Of a DNA stretch of 64,000 nucleotides, positions 37,525-50,420 are shown one piece after another. The DNA lies in assembly GCA_028826165.1 (NCBI GenBank), contig JAPDFW010000136.1, positions 496,001 to 560,000 of the forward strand, read 5' to 3'. Both the position numbers and the translations under genes were made by a program. The DNA comes from Anaeramoeba ignava BMAN. Lineage: Eukaryota; Protista; Anaeramoebae. Each line of letters opens with the position of its first letter. The stretch's first letter is position 1. The notes under the pieces were generated by a model. That model had not been told where the DNA came from. It ran no database searches and worked only from the letters and a program-made list of their open reading frames with translations.

Positions 37525-40500
37525 ATGAGCAATTCACAACAAATAACAAAAGAAACAGAAGAAATGAATTTAGAACAAGAAGTAATTTATTCTTTATTTT
37601 TAATTCTTTATTCTTAATTCTTTATTCCTTTTTTTTTTTAGATCCCAAACCCAAATGAGAATTCAGATGATTTGAAATCAATAATTTTGGCTTTAAAACA
37701 AACACTCACAGAAACAACAACTCAACTTAACCAAAAAATCTACGAACTCAAACAAACAAAAACAGAACTGGACAAAACAAAAGAAATGAACGAATTTCTG
37801 AATATCGAAATATCCACAATCAATGAATTGGAAGCGGAAAAAGAAAAAGAGGCAAACTCAAGAAAACAAAGACAATCTTTTCTTGATGAAAACGATACAC
37901 TCAATTTCAAGAATAATGAATTTACTGAACCTAACGACAAAGACAAAGCTTTAAAAGATCTTTACCACAGCTTGCAAGAAAGCGTAAGTTTAGCGGAGTT
38001 CTGGGAAAGTTCTCATAAGGCAGTTACTCAAAAAATGGAAAAGCTTGAAGAAGAATACAACCGACTAATTTCTGAAAAAACAAGCAAGGAAGGGAATTTT
38101 GTTGAATATCAACAACAAATCGAAATACTAAGAGCCGAGCTCACGGAATGCCAAGTTCAGAACCAAGAACTCACGTACTCACTCGATGATCAGCTCGAAT
38201 CACAAAGACTTGAGGTTATCAAGCTACAAGAAGAAAACAACAAACTCCGCCAAAACGTGATAAATTTCCAACGCCAACTCCAGCAAGAAAGTGACAAGAG
38301 TTCTCAACAGCAAACAAGCGCGATAATGGATGAAAACCGAAAACTAAAATCGGATTTAACGGAACTCTCGCAAAAAAACAGAGAGCTTCAACAAGAACTT
38401 GAAGAAAACTCCAATTTCAACAGCAACAAGAACTTCCAGCAAGTGATCCAAAATTACGAGTCCAGATTGCGCACTCTGACTGAAGAAACCAAATTTTATG
38501 AAGACATCATTAGTCAATCTTTCCCTGAAAAGGACAACAGAATCCAAAAATTGGAAATCCTAAACCAATCCAAAAGCACTGAATTCGAGCAACTCAAAAA
38601 GGAGCTTGAAAACGAAAAAGCTGCTAAGGCTGAGCTTGTCTCGAAGATTAAAACTCTTGAAGCTTCAAACAAAAAAATCACGCAACTCAACACAGATTTA
38701 ACGTTCCAAAACGAGTTTCTGGAAGTAAAAGTCTCTGAATCGAAAAACAAACTTGATAGATTGACTGCAATGAACCAAGAAGTCACTGAGGCTAACGGCA
38801 AATTCCAATCCCAAATTGGAGAATACGAAGATCAATTAGAAATTGCAAACCAAAAAATTACCGAACAAAATGAGCAAAATGAAAGCGATAAAAGACTTTA
38901 TTCTGAGCAGTTGGATCAGTTTGTGCTCAAAAACAATCAACTTGAAAATGAAATTTCGAGTTTGATCTCCCAGACCAAAAATGATAAAATCCTTTTCCAA
39001 AAACTTGAAGAGAAGTTTTCGTTCTCTCAATTCATTATTGAGAACAACTTCCAAGATCTCAAAAAGTTACAAAATGAAATTTTCGAAATTGAAGCAGAAC
39101 TCGAAGATTCACAACAACAGATTCAGGATTATCAAAATCAATTTGTAAATTCGCAAAACCAAATTGAAAATTCCCAAAAGCAGATTGAATTTTCACAAAA
39201 GCAGATTGAAGACTCACAAAAACAAATTGAAGACTCACAAAAACAAATTGAGGATTCGCAAAAGCAAATTGGAGACTATCAAAAGCAAATTGAGGGTTTA
39301 AAAGAACAAAATGAAAATTCAGAAAAAGAAAATGGAAATTTACAAAAGCAAATTGAAGATTTAAAAGAAAAAATTGAAGAATTTAATTTACAAAAACAAA
39401 CCATGAAACCCATTTCTGAAATTGAGGAAATCAGAACCAACTTTGAAGACAAATATCAAAAATTAGAAAATGAAAGAAATTTGTTAATGGAACATATTTC
39501 ACTTAAAGAAAAAGAAAATGAAACATTAATCAGCTCAAATGAAGAATTGAAATATTCGCTCAATTCATTAACAAATCAAAACAATGAAATCAAAGAAGAA
39601 AAAGAATTAATGAACCAACAAATCGAAAAGAGTAAAATTGAAATTGAAGAATTATTCCAAGAAAAACAAATAATTGAGGATGAATTGCAAACAACACAAG
39701 ATTTGATTTCTAAATTAAAAAAAGAATATGAATTAATAGAATATCTTTATGAAGAAGCTAATCAAAAAAATGAAAATGAAATAACAATTATTGAACAACA
39801 AAAACAATATCTAATTGAATCAAAAAACCAAGAAATTCAAAATTTAAAAGAACAAATTATGAAACCCATTTCTGAAATTGAGGAAATCAGAACCAACTTT
39901 GAAGAGAAATATCAAAAATTAGAAAATGAAAGAAATTTGTTAATGGAACATATTTCACTTAAAGAAAAAGAAAATGAAACATTAATCAGCTCAAATGAAG
40001 AACTGAAATATTCACTCAATTCATTAACAAATCAAAACAATGAAATCAAAGAAGAAAAAGAATTAATGAACCAACAAATCGAAAAGAATAAAATTGAAAT
40101 TGAAGAACTATTCCAAGAAAAACAAATAATTGAGGATGAATTGCAAACAACACAAGATTTGATTTCTAAATTAAAAAAAGAATATGAATTAATAGAATAT
40201 CTTTATGAAGAAGCTAATCAAAAAAATGAAAATGAAATAACAATTATTGAACAACAAAAACAAGATCTAATTGAATCAAAAAATCAAGAAATTCAAAATT
40301 TAAAAGAACAAATTATGAAACCCATTTCTGAAATTGAGGAAATCAGAACCAACTTTGAAGAGAAATATCAAAAATTAGAAAATGAAAGAAATTTGTTAAT
40401 GGAGCATATTTCACTTAAAGAAAAAGAAAATGAAACATTAATCAGCTCAAATGAAGAACTGAAATATTCACTCAATTCATTAACAAATCAAAACAATGAA

Positions 40501-43366
40501 ATCAAAGAAGAAAAAGAATTAATGAACCAACAAATCGAAAAGAATAAAATTGAAATTGAAGAACTAAAATCACAAGTTCAAATTACAGATGAAATTGAGA
40601 AACTTCAAATCCAAATTTCTCAAATCACAAAAGAAAAAGAAGATGTGATCGAGGCAAATCAAGCAATCCAAAAAGAAACAGAAATGTTAACAAAGCAAAT
40701 TGAAGATTCACAAGAAATTATTAAAGAACTTACGCTAGACAAAACCGAAAAATCTGATTTACAAATTCTTTACAATCAAAAATTAACGGAAAATGAAAAT
40801 CTTCAAAAAAAAGTTGATCAATTAATCCAATCAAAAAAAGAAACTGAAGATCATTTATCAGATATTGAGAAACAAAACAATCAACTTAATACAGCAATTA
40901 TTCAAATCCAAAACGAAAGAGAAGAGTTCCTTGAAAACCTCCAGAAAAAGCAAGAATCTGAAAAACAAAAAAATGAACTTATGCAAAAAAACAAGCAATT
41001 AGAAATTCAAAACGAAGAAATTGATGATAAATATCAAAATTTGAAGGAAGAACTTTCTTCCAAAAATGAAGAATTGAATACTAGCACTGAAAAAATAAAT
41101 GAATTGGAATCAAAACTCAACAATTTAGAAAAACAAAAACAAGAAGAATATCAGAATCAAATTGAAGAATTAAGCTCTTCAAAGCAAAAAATCATTTCAA
41201 TAATAACCCAAATTGTTGATTTACAAGATGAACCTGAAGTTGAAGAAGATGAAATACTTTATAATTTAAGTGAGTTATTCACTAATACTCAAAATCAAAA
41301 TGCACGTTTATATCAAGAAAAACAAGAAATTGAACAAAAAATTGAAGAATATCAGAATCAAATTGAAGAATTAAGCTCTTCAAAACAAAAGATCATTTCA
41401 ATAATAACTCAAATTGTTGATTTACAAGATGAATCTGAAGTTGAAGAAGATGAAATACTTGATAGTTTAAGTGAGTTATTCACTAATACTCAAAATCAAA
41501 ATGCACGTTTATATCAAGAAAAACAGGAAATTGAACAAAAACTTGAAGAATACTCAAAATCAAATTGAACAATCCAGTAATATATTAATCGATTTGAATT
41601 CTAAAGAAGAAGAAATAAACGGATTGAAAAAACAATTATCTGAGTTAACTCAAAACAACGAAATGACTGAAACAAAGTTGATTGATGCTCAAGTCAAATC
41701 AGAAAATTACCGAAATCAAAATGAACAACTCCGAGAACAATTATCACAATTATCAAACTCAAACACTTCAAATGAGAATCAAAAAGACAATGGACAAACT
41801 GTAATTTTAAGATCAAAAGTTACAGAACTTGAAAATTCAATCAAGTCGTTACAAAATCAGAATTCGTTATTAGAAACCAACATCAAAGAAATGGACCAAC
41901 AAATTAACAAAAAGGATTTGGATTTGAAAGAACAAAAAAAAGTTGAGAACAAATTGAATGAACAATTAAAAATCTTTTCAGATTTGAACAATCAAGTGAA
42001 AGTGCAAGTGCAAGAAATTGAAGATACAATGACACAAAAAACGCAAGAAATGAGCTCAAGAATAAATGAAAAAGAGGATGAGATGCAAAGTCTGGAATCA
42101 AAAGTCCAAAAATTGCAATCAATGATCTCGCAAAAAGATTCCGAAATTGAGAAATACATTTCACAAATCAAAAACAGCAATGAAGAGATTCAAGAAAAAT
42201 CGAAACAAATCGATGACTTGAATGAATCGAGATTACAAACTGAAAAAGAACAACACAATTCATGGAAATCATTTGTTGAAAAAATCCAACAAATTTTCTC
42301 CAAGTCAACAATTCCTTGTGAAATTGATTTCAGTTACTTATCAGTTGGAAATGAAGATGAATCAAATGAAAAACAAAAGACGAGCAAATTATCACAGTTA
42401 TTGAAGGATATTTATGCATTCCTTGAAACAAAAATATTCCCCAAATTAGAAGAACTGAATGAAATTTTATTAGAATTAGAAGATTCAAAAGAAACCAAAC
42501 TTGAAGAAAGCCAGCAAGCCACAAAAATAGATCAAGAAGTTCAAGTTGCACCTTTTGAAATTGATATCGATCTAATTAAGAAATTTTCTTTGAGTAAGGA
42601 TGAAGATGAACAACAAGAGATTCTTTGTGATCACATCAAAGAATTGGAACAATCACTCCAATTCAAAAGCGAAGAGTTTGAAAGTTTGAAAAAGGAGCAT
42701 CATGAACTTTGCAATACTTTGGTAGATCAAATGGATGATGAAACTCATCAACTTATCAAAGATGTTCTTTATCATTTCAAAGATCAAGAAATTTGCGAAC
42801 TTAATGACACCCTTCACGAAAAAGATGAAGAAATTAACGATCTAACAGAACAATACTCAAAAGTTCTTTCGAGAAATCGAGAATTAGCAGTAAGAGTCAA
42901 AAAACTTGAACAACGTTTGGAAAATCAAAAAGTTACAAAAAATCAACCGAATAATTCACAAAGAGAAATGTCATCAATTATCCCTTTTAAAAATATTAAA
43001 AATGTTCAAAATATTCAAAATATTCAAAATGTTCAAAATGAAATTCCTAAAAAGAAAAATCCTCAAAACCAAATTTTCAAACCAAAAACTTTACGTTTTA
43101 CTAAGTTTGGTTCAATAGGATTAGGATTAAAAAGAACAACAAATTTAGGTCAACCAATGAGAATTAAGAGAACAATTTCAGAATCAGAAAATGAACGTGA
43201 TAATAAAAAAGAACAAAAACCCCAAAAAGAAGATGATGATGAAAATATTTCTTTCTCAGAAAATATTCCAAAAAGAAGTCATTCAGATAATAATGATAAA
43301 TTATTTAAAGAAGAGTCAAATGATTTGAGTTTATTTGATTCAAAAAGAACTAAAATTATTAATTAA
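37525..43366 (+). CDS. Large coiled-coil protein (about 1930 aa) with internal repeats; exons 37525-37581 and 37642-43366, with an apparent +1 frameshift near 41553
   Basis: E/Q/K-rich heptads throughout. ORFs 37672-41568 and 41471-43366 overlap. At the third repeat junction GAATACTCAAAATCAA has one extra base compared with GAATATCAGAATCAA in the preceding repeats. Confidence 0.75.
39403..40566 (+). repeat. 456-bp (152-aa) near-identical coding repeat, about 2.5 copies; also a 201-bp repeat (41143-41550) and 21-bp SQKQIED heptads (about 39150-39300)
   Basis: ATGAAACCCATTTCTGAA occurs at 39403, 39859 and 40315. GAAGAATA occurs at 41143, 41344 and 41545. Confidence 0.9.
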
Positions 43367-43581
43367 TTAATTAATTCTTAATTGTGTATTTTGCAAACAT
43401 TTTAATAATTTTTAAAATTAAAAATCAATTTTAATTTTTCTTTTCTTTTTTTAAAAAAATTTCTCAAAAACAAAATGAAAAAATTAAAAAAAAAAACATT
43501 AAATTGTTTTGTTTTGTTTTGATTTGTTTGAAAAAGAAAAAAAAAAAAGTGGAATTCAAAAATGAAAAAAAATGAAAAAAA

Positions 43582-46500
43582 TTATTTTTGATCTTTTTCA
43601 ATTTGGATGTCTTCAATATCATTATCATCATTATCATCATTCTGATTTAAAACTGGTTGAGAAAGAAAAGGAATTTCTTCCAAAGTATCAAGTTCCGAAG
43701 AAATGGAATTAAAATCTTGAAGGAAAGCCAAAAAGAGACGATATAAGTAAAGAAGATCCAAAACACCAGTTGTTTCTCTTATACTATTTTTTATATTAAA
43801 ATTATTATAAAGATTAAATTGAATTAAATTAAATTAAATTAAATTAAATTAAATTAAATTAAATTAAATCAAATTAAATTAAATTAAATTAAATTACCTA
43901 TGCATTGCGAATTGAGGAATTCCAATATCAAGAGCTCTTAATCCAACTTTTGAAACTGTAATTGGTCCAATAGTTGTTCCACAAGGACTATCATTTCTAA
44001 CTACAAAATCTTGAAGTGGAATTTGATTTCTTTCTGCTAATTGTCTGATTAAAAATCTTGAAATGAGATTTGTTGTGTATTTTCCTCCTACATGAGTTTT
44101 TAAAACAGGTCCTCCATTGATTTGGCATTGATGATTTGATTCATGAGCATTACTATTTTGGAATTTATTAAATTTTAATATTTTTTTTTTTATTAAAGTT
44201 TTTTTTTGGATTATTTATTTACGAATAATTAGGATGAACTCCATGTGCATTATCAGAAGAAATAAGGAAACTATCACGAAGAGCAACATCGAAATCATGC
44301 TAATTCAATTTAAAATTAAAATTCAAAATTCATTTATAAAATTTAAAATTAAAATTCAAAATTTACATTTTCAAAAGATTTTGTAATTCTTTTCATAATA
44401 TTAGCTAAATAAGTTGAGTTTGCACCTTGGTCAGTCATTGAACCAATCTCTTCATTATCAAAGCAAGCAACCATTCTTATTCTTGATTCGTTTTTGAGGG
44501 ATTTATCATCAAGAGAATCAATTAAAGATTTAACACTAATAAAACAAGAAGCAAGATTATCTTGTCTTGGAGCAAAAACAAAGTCTTCCAAAGCTCCTCC
44601 AATAACAGATTTCTGTGTATCAACAACAGACAAATCAAAATCCATGATATTTCCAACATCAACCTTAAGCGCTTCAGAAATTCCCATAAGAATCAAAGGA
44701 TGATGATCTGAATTTGGGATTTTTGGTTCAAATTCTTTAGAAATAAATGAGGACAAAATCGGAACCAAATGATTTTCTTTGTTGAGCTTTAAATTCTCTC
44801 CAGATTCTCGACTTAAATGAACTGCAAGACTTGGTATGTTTAATATTGGCTTTTGGATATTGACTAATGTCTCACGGAATAATGTTCTTTCTTTGACAAT
44901 AACTCTTCCTGCAAGTGTTAGATCTCGATCAAGCCATGAATACCAAAGTCCTCCTCCATATGTACTTACTCCAACTTGAAGCATCCCATTTTTCTTGATT
45001 TTAGAAATTGGTTTGACTCTTAAGCATGGCGAATCTATGTTTAATTAATATTTTTTCAATTTTTAAATAATATTTAAATAATATTTAATTAATATTTAAT
45101 CAATATTTAATTAATATTTAATCAATATTTAAATAATATTTAATTTATATTTAATCAATATTTAATTAATATTTAATTAATATTTAATTAATATTTAATC
45201 AATATTTAATTAATATTTAATTAATATTTAATTAATATTTAATCAATATTTAATCAATATTTAATTAATATTTAATTAATATTTAATTTATATTTAATTA
45301 ATATTTAATTAATATTTAATTAATATTTAATTAATATTTAATTAATATTTAATTTAATATTTAATTTAATTTATATTTAATTAATATTTAATTAATATTT
45401 TTAATCAATATTTAATTTATATTTAATCAATATTTAATTTATTTATTTATATTTACCAATATTTTTCAATATTTAATTAATATTTAATTAATATTTACCA
45501 ATTAATATTTAATATTTAATTAATATTTAATCAATATTTAATTTAATCAATATTTAATTAATATTTAATCAATATTTAATTTTACCAATATTTAATTAAT
45601 ATTTAATTAATATTTAATCAATATTTAATCAATATTTTAATCAATATTTTAATTTATATTTAATTTAATATTTAATTCAATATTTAATTAATATTTAATC
45701 AATATTTAATTAATATTTAATCAATATTTAATCAATTTTAATCAATATTTAATCAATATTTTATTAATATTTAATTAATATTTTTAATTAATATTTATTC
45801 AATATTTAATTAATATTTAATTCAAATATTTAATCAATATTTAATCAATATTTAATTAATATTTAATCAATATTTAATTAATATTTAATCAATATTTAAT
45901 TAATATTTAATCAATATTTAATTAATATTTAATTAATATTTTAATTAATATTTATCAATATTTAATTAATATTTAATCAATATTTAATTAATATTTTTCA
46001 ATTTTTAATCAATATTTAATCAATATTTAATCAATATTTAATCAATATTTAATATTTATATTTATTTTAATATTTATCAATATTTAATCAATATTTAATT
46101 AATATTTAATTAATATTTAATCAATATTTAATTAATATTTAATTAATATTTAATTAATATTACTTCAATATTTTTAATTTAATATTTTTCAATTTTAATT
46201 AATATTTAATTAATATTTTTAATCAATATTTATTGAATTAATATTTAACCAATATTTTTAATTAATATTTATTTATTAATAATTTAATCAATATTTAATC
46301 AATATTTAATTCAATATTTAATCAATATTTAATCAATATTTAATTCAATATTTTAATCAATATTTAATTAATATTTACCAATATTTAATCCCAATATTTA
46401 ATTAATATTTAATTAATATTTAATTAATCAATATTTAATTAATATTTAATTTATATTTAATTTAATTAATATTTAATTTATTTAATATTTAATTAATATT

Positions 46501-47349
46501 TAATTAATATTTAATTAATATTTAATTAATATTTAAATAATATTTAATTAATATTTAATTAATATTTAATTAATATTTAATCAATATTTAATCAATATTT
46601 AATCAATATTTAATTAATATTTAATATAATCAATATTTAATTAATATTTATTTAATCAATTAATATTTAATCAATTTTTATATTTAATTAATATTTAATC
46701 TATATTTAATCAATATTTAATCAATATTTATTTTTATTTAATTAATATTTAATCAATATTTAATTAATATTTAATTAATATTTAATTAATATTTAATCAA
46801 TATTTAATTAATATTTAATTAATATTTAATTAATATTTAATTAATATTTAATTAATATTTAATCAATATTTAATTAATATTTAATCAATATTTAATTAAT
46901 ATTTAATCAATATTTAATCAATATTTAATTAATATTTAATTAATATTTAATTAATATTTAATTAATATTTAATTAATATTTAATTAATATTTAATTAATA
47001 TTTAATTAATATTTATTTAATATTTAATTAATAATTGATTAATATTTAATATTTAATCAATAATTAATTTGTATTTTTTACCTGTGTGACCTGCTAAAAT
47101 ATTAAAACCATTACAAGAAGGATCATAGTCATCTCCAATCACAAAAGCAATAATCGAAGTACCATTACGAATAACAAAATATCTTCCACCTTTCTTCAAT
47201 TTACCTTTCCAGGATTTCTTTTCTGAAAGTGGTTGAAATTCATATAATTTAAGAAGTTTTTGCATTTCATCCACTGCATGAGCAGGAGTAACAGCTTTAT
47301 CAATAAAATAACAATAATTTTTTGCAAGAACTTGAGCTTTTTGATTCAT
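43582..47349 (-). CDS. DNPEP: Aspartyl aminopeptidase (peptidase M18); exons 47349-47082, 45034-44367, 44299-44223, 44152-43898, 43783-43582
   Basis: Spliced motifs GHT|DSPCLRVKP, YGGGLWYSWLDRDL, RQDN, FDNEEIGS, SSDNAHGVHPNY, RNDSPCGTTIGP and QFAMHSIRE. Confidence 0.93.
45060..47060. repeat. 11-bp minisatellite (plus strand TTAATTAATAT/TTAATCAATAT) filling the 2047-nt DNPEP intron 1 (45035-47081)
   Basis: Visible tandem array. Confidence 0.95.
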
Positions 47350-47441
47350 TTTTTAAGAAAAGAGAAAAATGAAAAAAAAAAAAAAAGCAAAAAAAAATAA
47401 TTATTTGAAAAAAAAAAAAATAACTTGCTTTCATTTCAAAA

Positions 47442-47473
<32 letters not shown>

Positions 47474-47555
47474 GAAAAAAGAAAAAAGAAAAAGTGGAAC
47501 GTGAAAAAAAAAAAAAAGAAAGAAAAAAAAAAGGGTAAAAATGAGATCTGAGGAA

Positions 47556-49893
47556 CTAATATTTGTAGTCACGAACGAATAAAGAATCATCAGCGCCTTG
47601 AACTTCATCTTCGCCAGTATATTTACCGAGCTGAGCAAGGGAATTAGCACGAGCGCGATGAAAAAAAATATCTTGAGCCTTTTTGAAGTTTTCATCTAAA
47701 CCCTTCCAAGTCTTTATACAAGTAGCCTGGAGTGCTCTACCGAAAGAGAAGGACAAGGACCAAGGGATCTTCTGGTTTTGAATGGAGTTCATAGCGTTTA
47801 AATTTTTAGTAGCTTCGACTTCACTCATTCCACCTGACAAAAACATGATTCCGGGAACAGCACAAGGAACTGATCTTTGGAGGGCTTTGACTGTGAGTTG
47901 GGCAATAATATCGGGCGTGGTTTCTTGCTTGGAGTCGATCCCCTTGCAGACCATATTTGGCTTAAGAAGCGATCCCTCAAGTAGTACGTTGTGATCGCTT
48001 AAAGCCTTGTAACAAGTCGCCACGATTTTTTCTGTCCAGTATTGGCAATCCTCAATAGGGTGATCGCCATCCATCAGGATCTCAGGCTCCACAATCGGTA
48101 CCAATCCGTTGGCTTGACAAATGGCTGCATATCGAGCCAATCTGTTCGCGTTTTCGTTGATTGAAAGTTGTGACGGGCAGTTTGTTTCTTTGGATATCTT
48201 CAATGCTGCTCGCCATTTTGCAAAACGCGCTCCTTGCTTGTAGTATTTCTGACATCTCTCTGCTAATCCTGTGATCCCTTGTGTAACTGTCTCATCGTCA
48301 GTTCCGTATAGTGGTTGTAATCCCATGTCAACTTTGATTCCTGGAATGATTCCTTTTTTTTGTAAAATTTCGCTGAAATCTATTCCTTCTTTTGTCTTTT
48401 GAAATAATGTTTCTTCGTACATTATTACTCCTGATATATATTTTTCGATCCCTTCTGTTGTGAAAAGAAGTTCTCTATATTTTCTTCTGTTTTCTTCTTT
48501 GTTTTCCAAATTAATAGAATTGAATCTCTTTCCGATAGTTCCTTTAAATTTTGATTTTAAATTTAATTTTAATTTTAATTTTTAATTTTAAATTTAATTT
48601 TAATTTTAATTTTAATTTTAATTTTAATTTTAATTTTAATTTTAATTTTAATTTTAATTTTAATTTTAATTTTAATTTTAATTTTAATTTTAATTTTAAT
48701 TTTAATATTAAATTTAATTTTAATTTTAATTTTATAAATGAATTTTAATTTTAATTTTGATTTTAATTTTAATTTTAATTTTAATTTTAATTTTAATTTT
48801 AATTTTAATTTTAATTTTAATTTTAATTTTAATTTTAATTTTAATTTTAATTTTAATTTTAATTTTGATTTTAATTTTAATTTTAATAATTAATTTTAAT
48901 TTTAATATTAATTTTAATTTTAATTTTAATTTTAATTTAATTAATTTTAATTTTAATTTTAATTTTATAAATGAATTTAAATTTAATTTTAATTTTAATT
49001 TTAATTTTAATTTGAATTTTAATTTTAATTTAAATTTAATTTTAATTTTAATTTTTAATTTTAATTTTAATTTAAATTTTATTTTAATTTTAATTTTAAT
49101 TTTAATTTTAATTTTGATTTGTTGAAAATAAATTTGAAAATAGATTTGTTATTTGAAAAAATATTTTCCAGTTGGATTTTACAAATGGATTTTTGAACTT
49201 GAATTGTGAATTTGAATTTGAATTTGAATTTGAATTTGGATTTGGATTTGGATTTGGATTTGAATTTGAATTTGAATTTGAATTTGAATTTGAATTTGAA
49301 ATTGGATTTGGATTTGGATTTGGATTTGGATTTGGATTTGGATTTGGATTTGAATTTGAATTTGAATTGTAAATTTGATTTGGATTTGGATTAAAAATTT
49401 GAATTGTAAATTTGATTTGGATTTGAATTGTAAATTTGGATTAAAAATTTTAATTAAAAATTTTAATTGTAAATTTGGATTGTAAATTTGGATTGTGTTT
49501 TCTTCATTGGTTGATTTTATAAACCTGTAGATTCATCTGCAGCAAGAATGCCTTTTCCTCTCACAGATATTTTATTAGCATTTCCGATTAATTCTTTCTA
49601 GATAATTATTTTTTAATTATTTCACATTTTAATAATCAGAAAGAAAATGATATATTAATACGTTATTTTTTAATTATTTATTATTTATAATACGTTATTT
49701 TTTTAATTTATTTTTTATTTTTTTTTTTGAATGGTAAATAATTAAATTAAATTAAATTAAATTTGAGAAAATTTTTTAATTTAAAATTTTAAAAAAATAA
49801 AAGGAAATGGAAAAAATTATTTCATCAATAAATTATTTTAAAAAAATTTTTTTTTTTCTTTTTTACTTCGAAGGGGTTAATAAAATGAAGCAT
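47556..49893 (-). CDS. ALDO: Fructose-bisphosphate aldolase class I; exons 49893-49867 (tentative), 49597-49525, 48541-47556
   Basis: [11 protein letters not shown]|[40 protein letters not shown] (Schiff-base Lys) and FSFGRALQ. The first exon (MLHFINPFE) was chosen by phase and is less certain. Confidence 0.93.
48545..49490. repeat. Compound hexamer arrays (TTTTAA)n followed by (TTTGAA/TTTGGA)n in aldolase intron 2 (48542-49524)
   Basis: Directly visible. Confidence 0.9.
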
Positions 49894-50420
49894 TTGATGA
49901 GAGAGAAAAAAAATGAAAAAAAAAATGAAAAAAAAAAAAAAAATTTATTTAAAAAAAAGAAAAGGAGAAGAAAAAAAGAAAAAAGAAAAGGAGAAAAATA
50001 AATTTAAATAAAAAAATAAAAAAATTACAACAGAGATCTTTGTTTCCTTCTCAAAGTTAATTTCATTCCAATTTATCAAAATTAACCAAAAAAAAAATTT
50101 AAAATTGAGTTGGAAATAATAAAATAAAAACAATAAATAACAAAGTAATTAAGAAATTAAAACGAAAGTGAATTCAAATAGATTCAACAAATTTTTGTTT
50201 CAATTCAATTCAGTTTTTATTTCAATTTCAATTTATTTCAATTTTTATTTCAATTTTTATTTCAATTTTCATTTCAATTTTAATTTTTATTTTTATTTCA
50301 ATTCATTTTTTAATTCAATTTCATTTTTTAATTCAATTTTTTTTAATTCAATTTCATTTTTATTTTAATTTCATTTTTATTTTTTTTCTCTTTTTATTTT
50401 TCATTTTATTTTTTTTTTAA

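Noticed and set aside
41545-41568. Two separate genes, or recoding, at the coiled-coil ORF overlap
   Set aside because: One extra base at a repeat junction mimics the nearby AATACTCAAAATCAAA word, so a polishing artefact is more likely. It needs a read check.
49200-49400. (TTTGGA)n as an interstitial telomere
   Set aside because: It is short, intronic, and interleaved with TTTGAA units, one substitution from the adjacent TTTTAA array.
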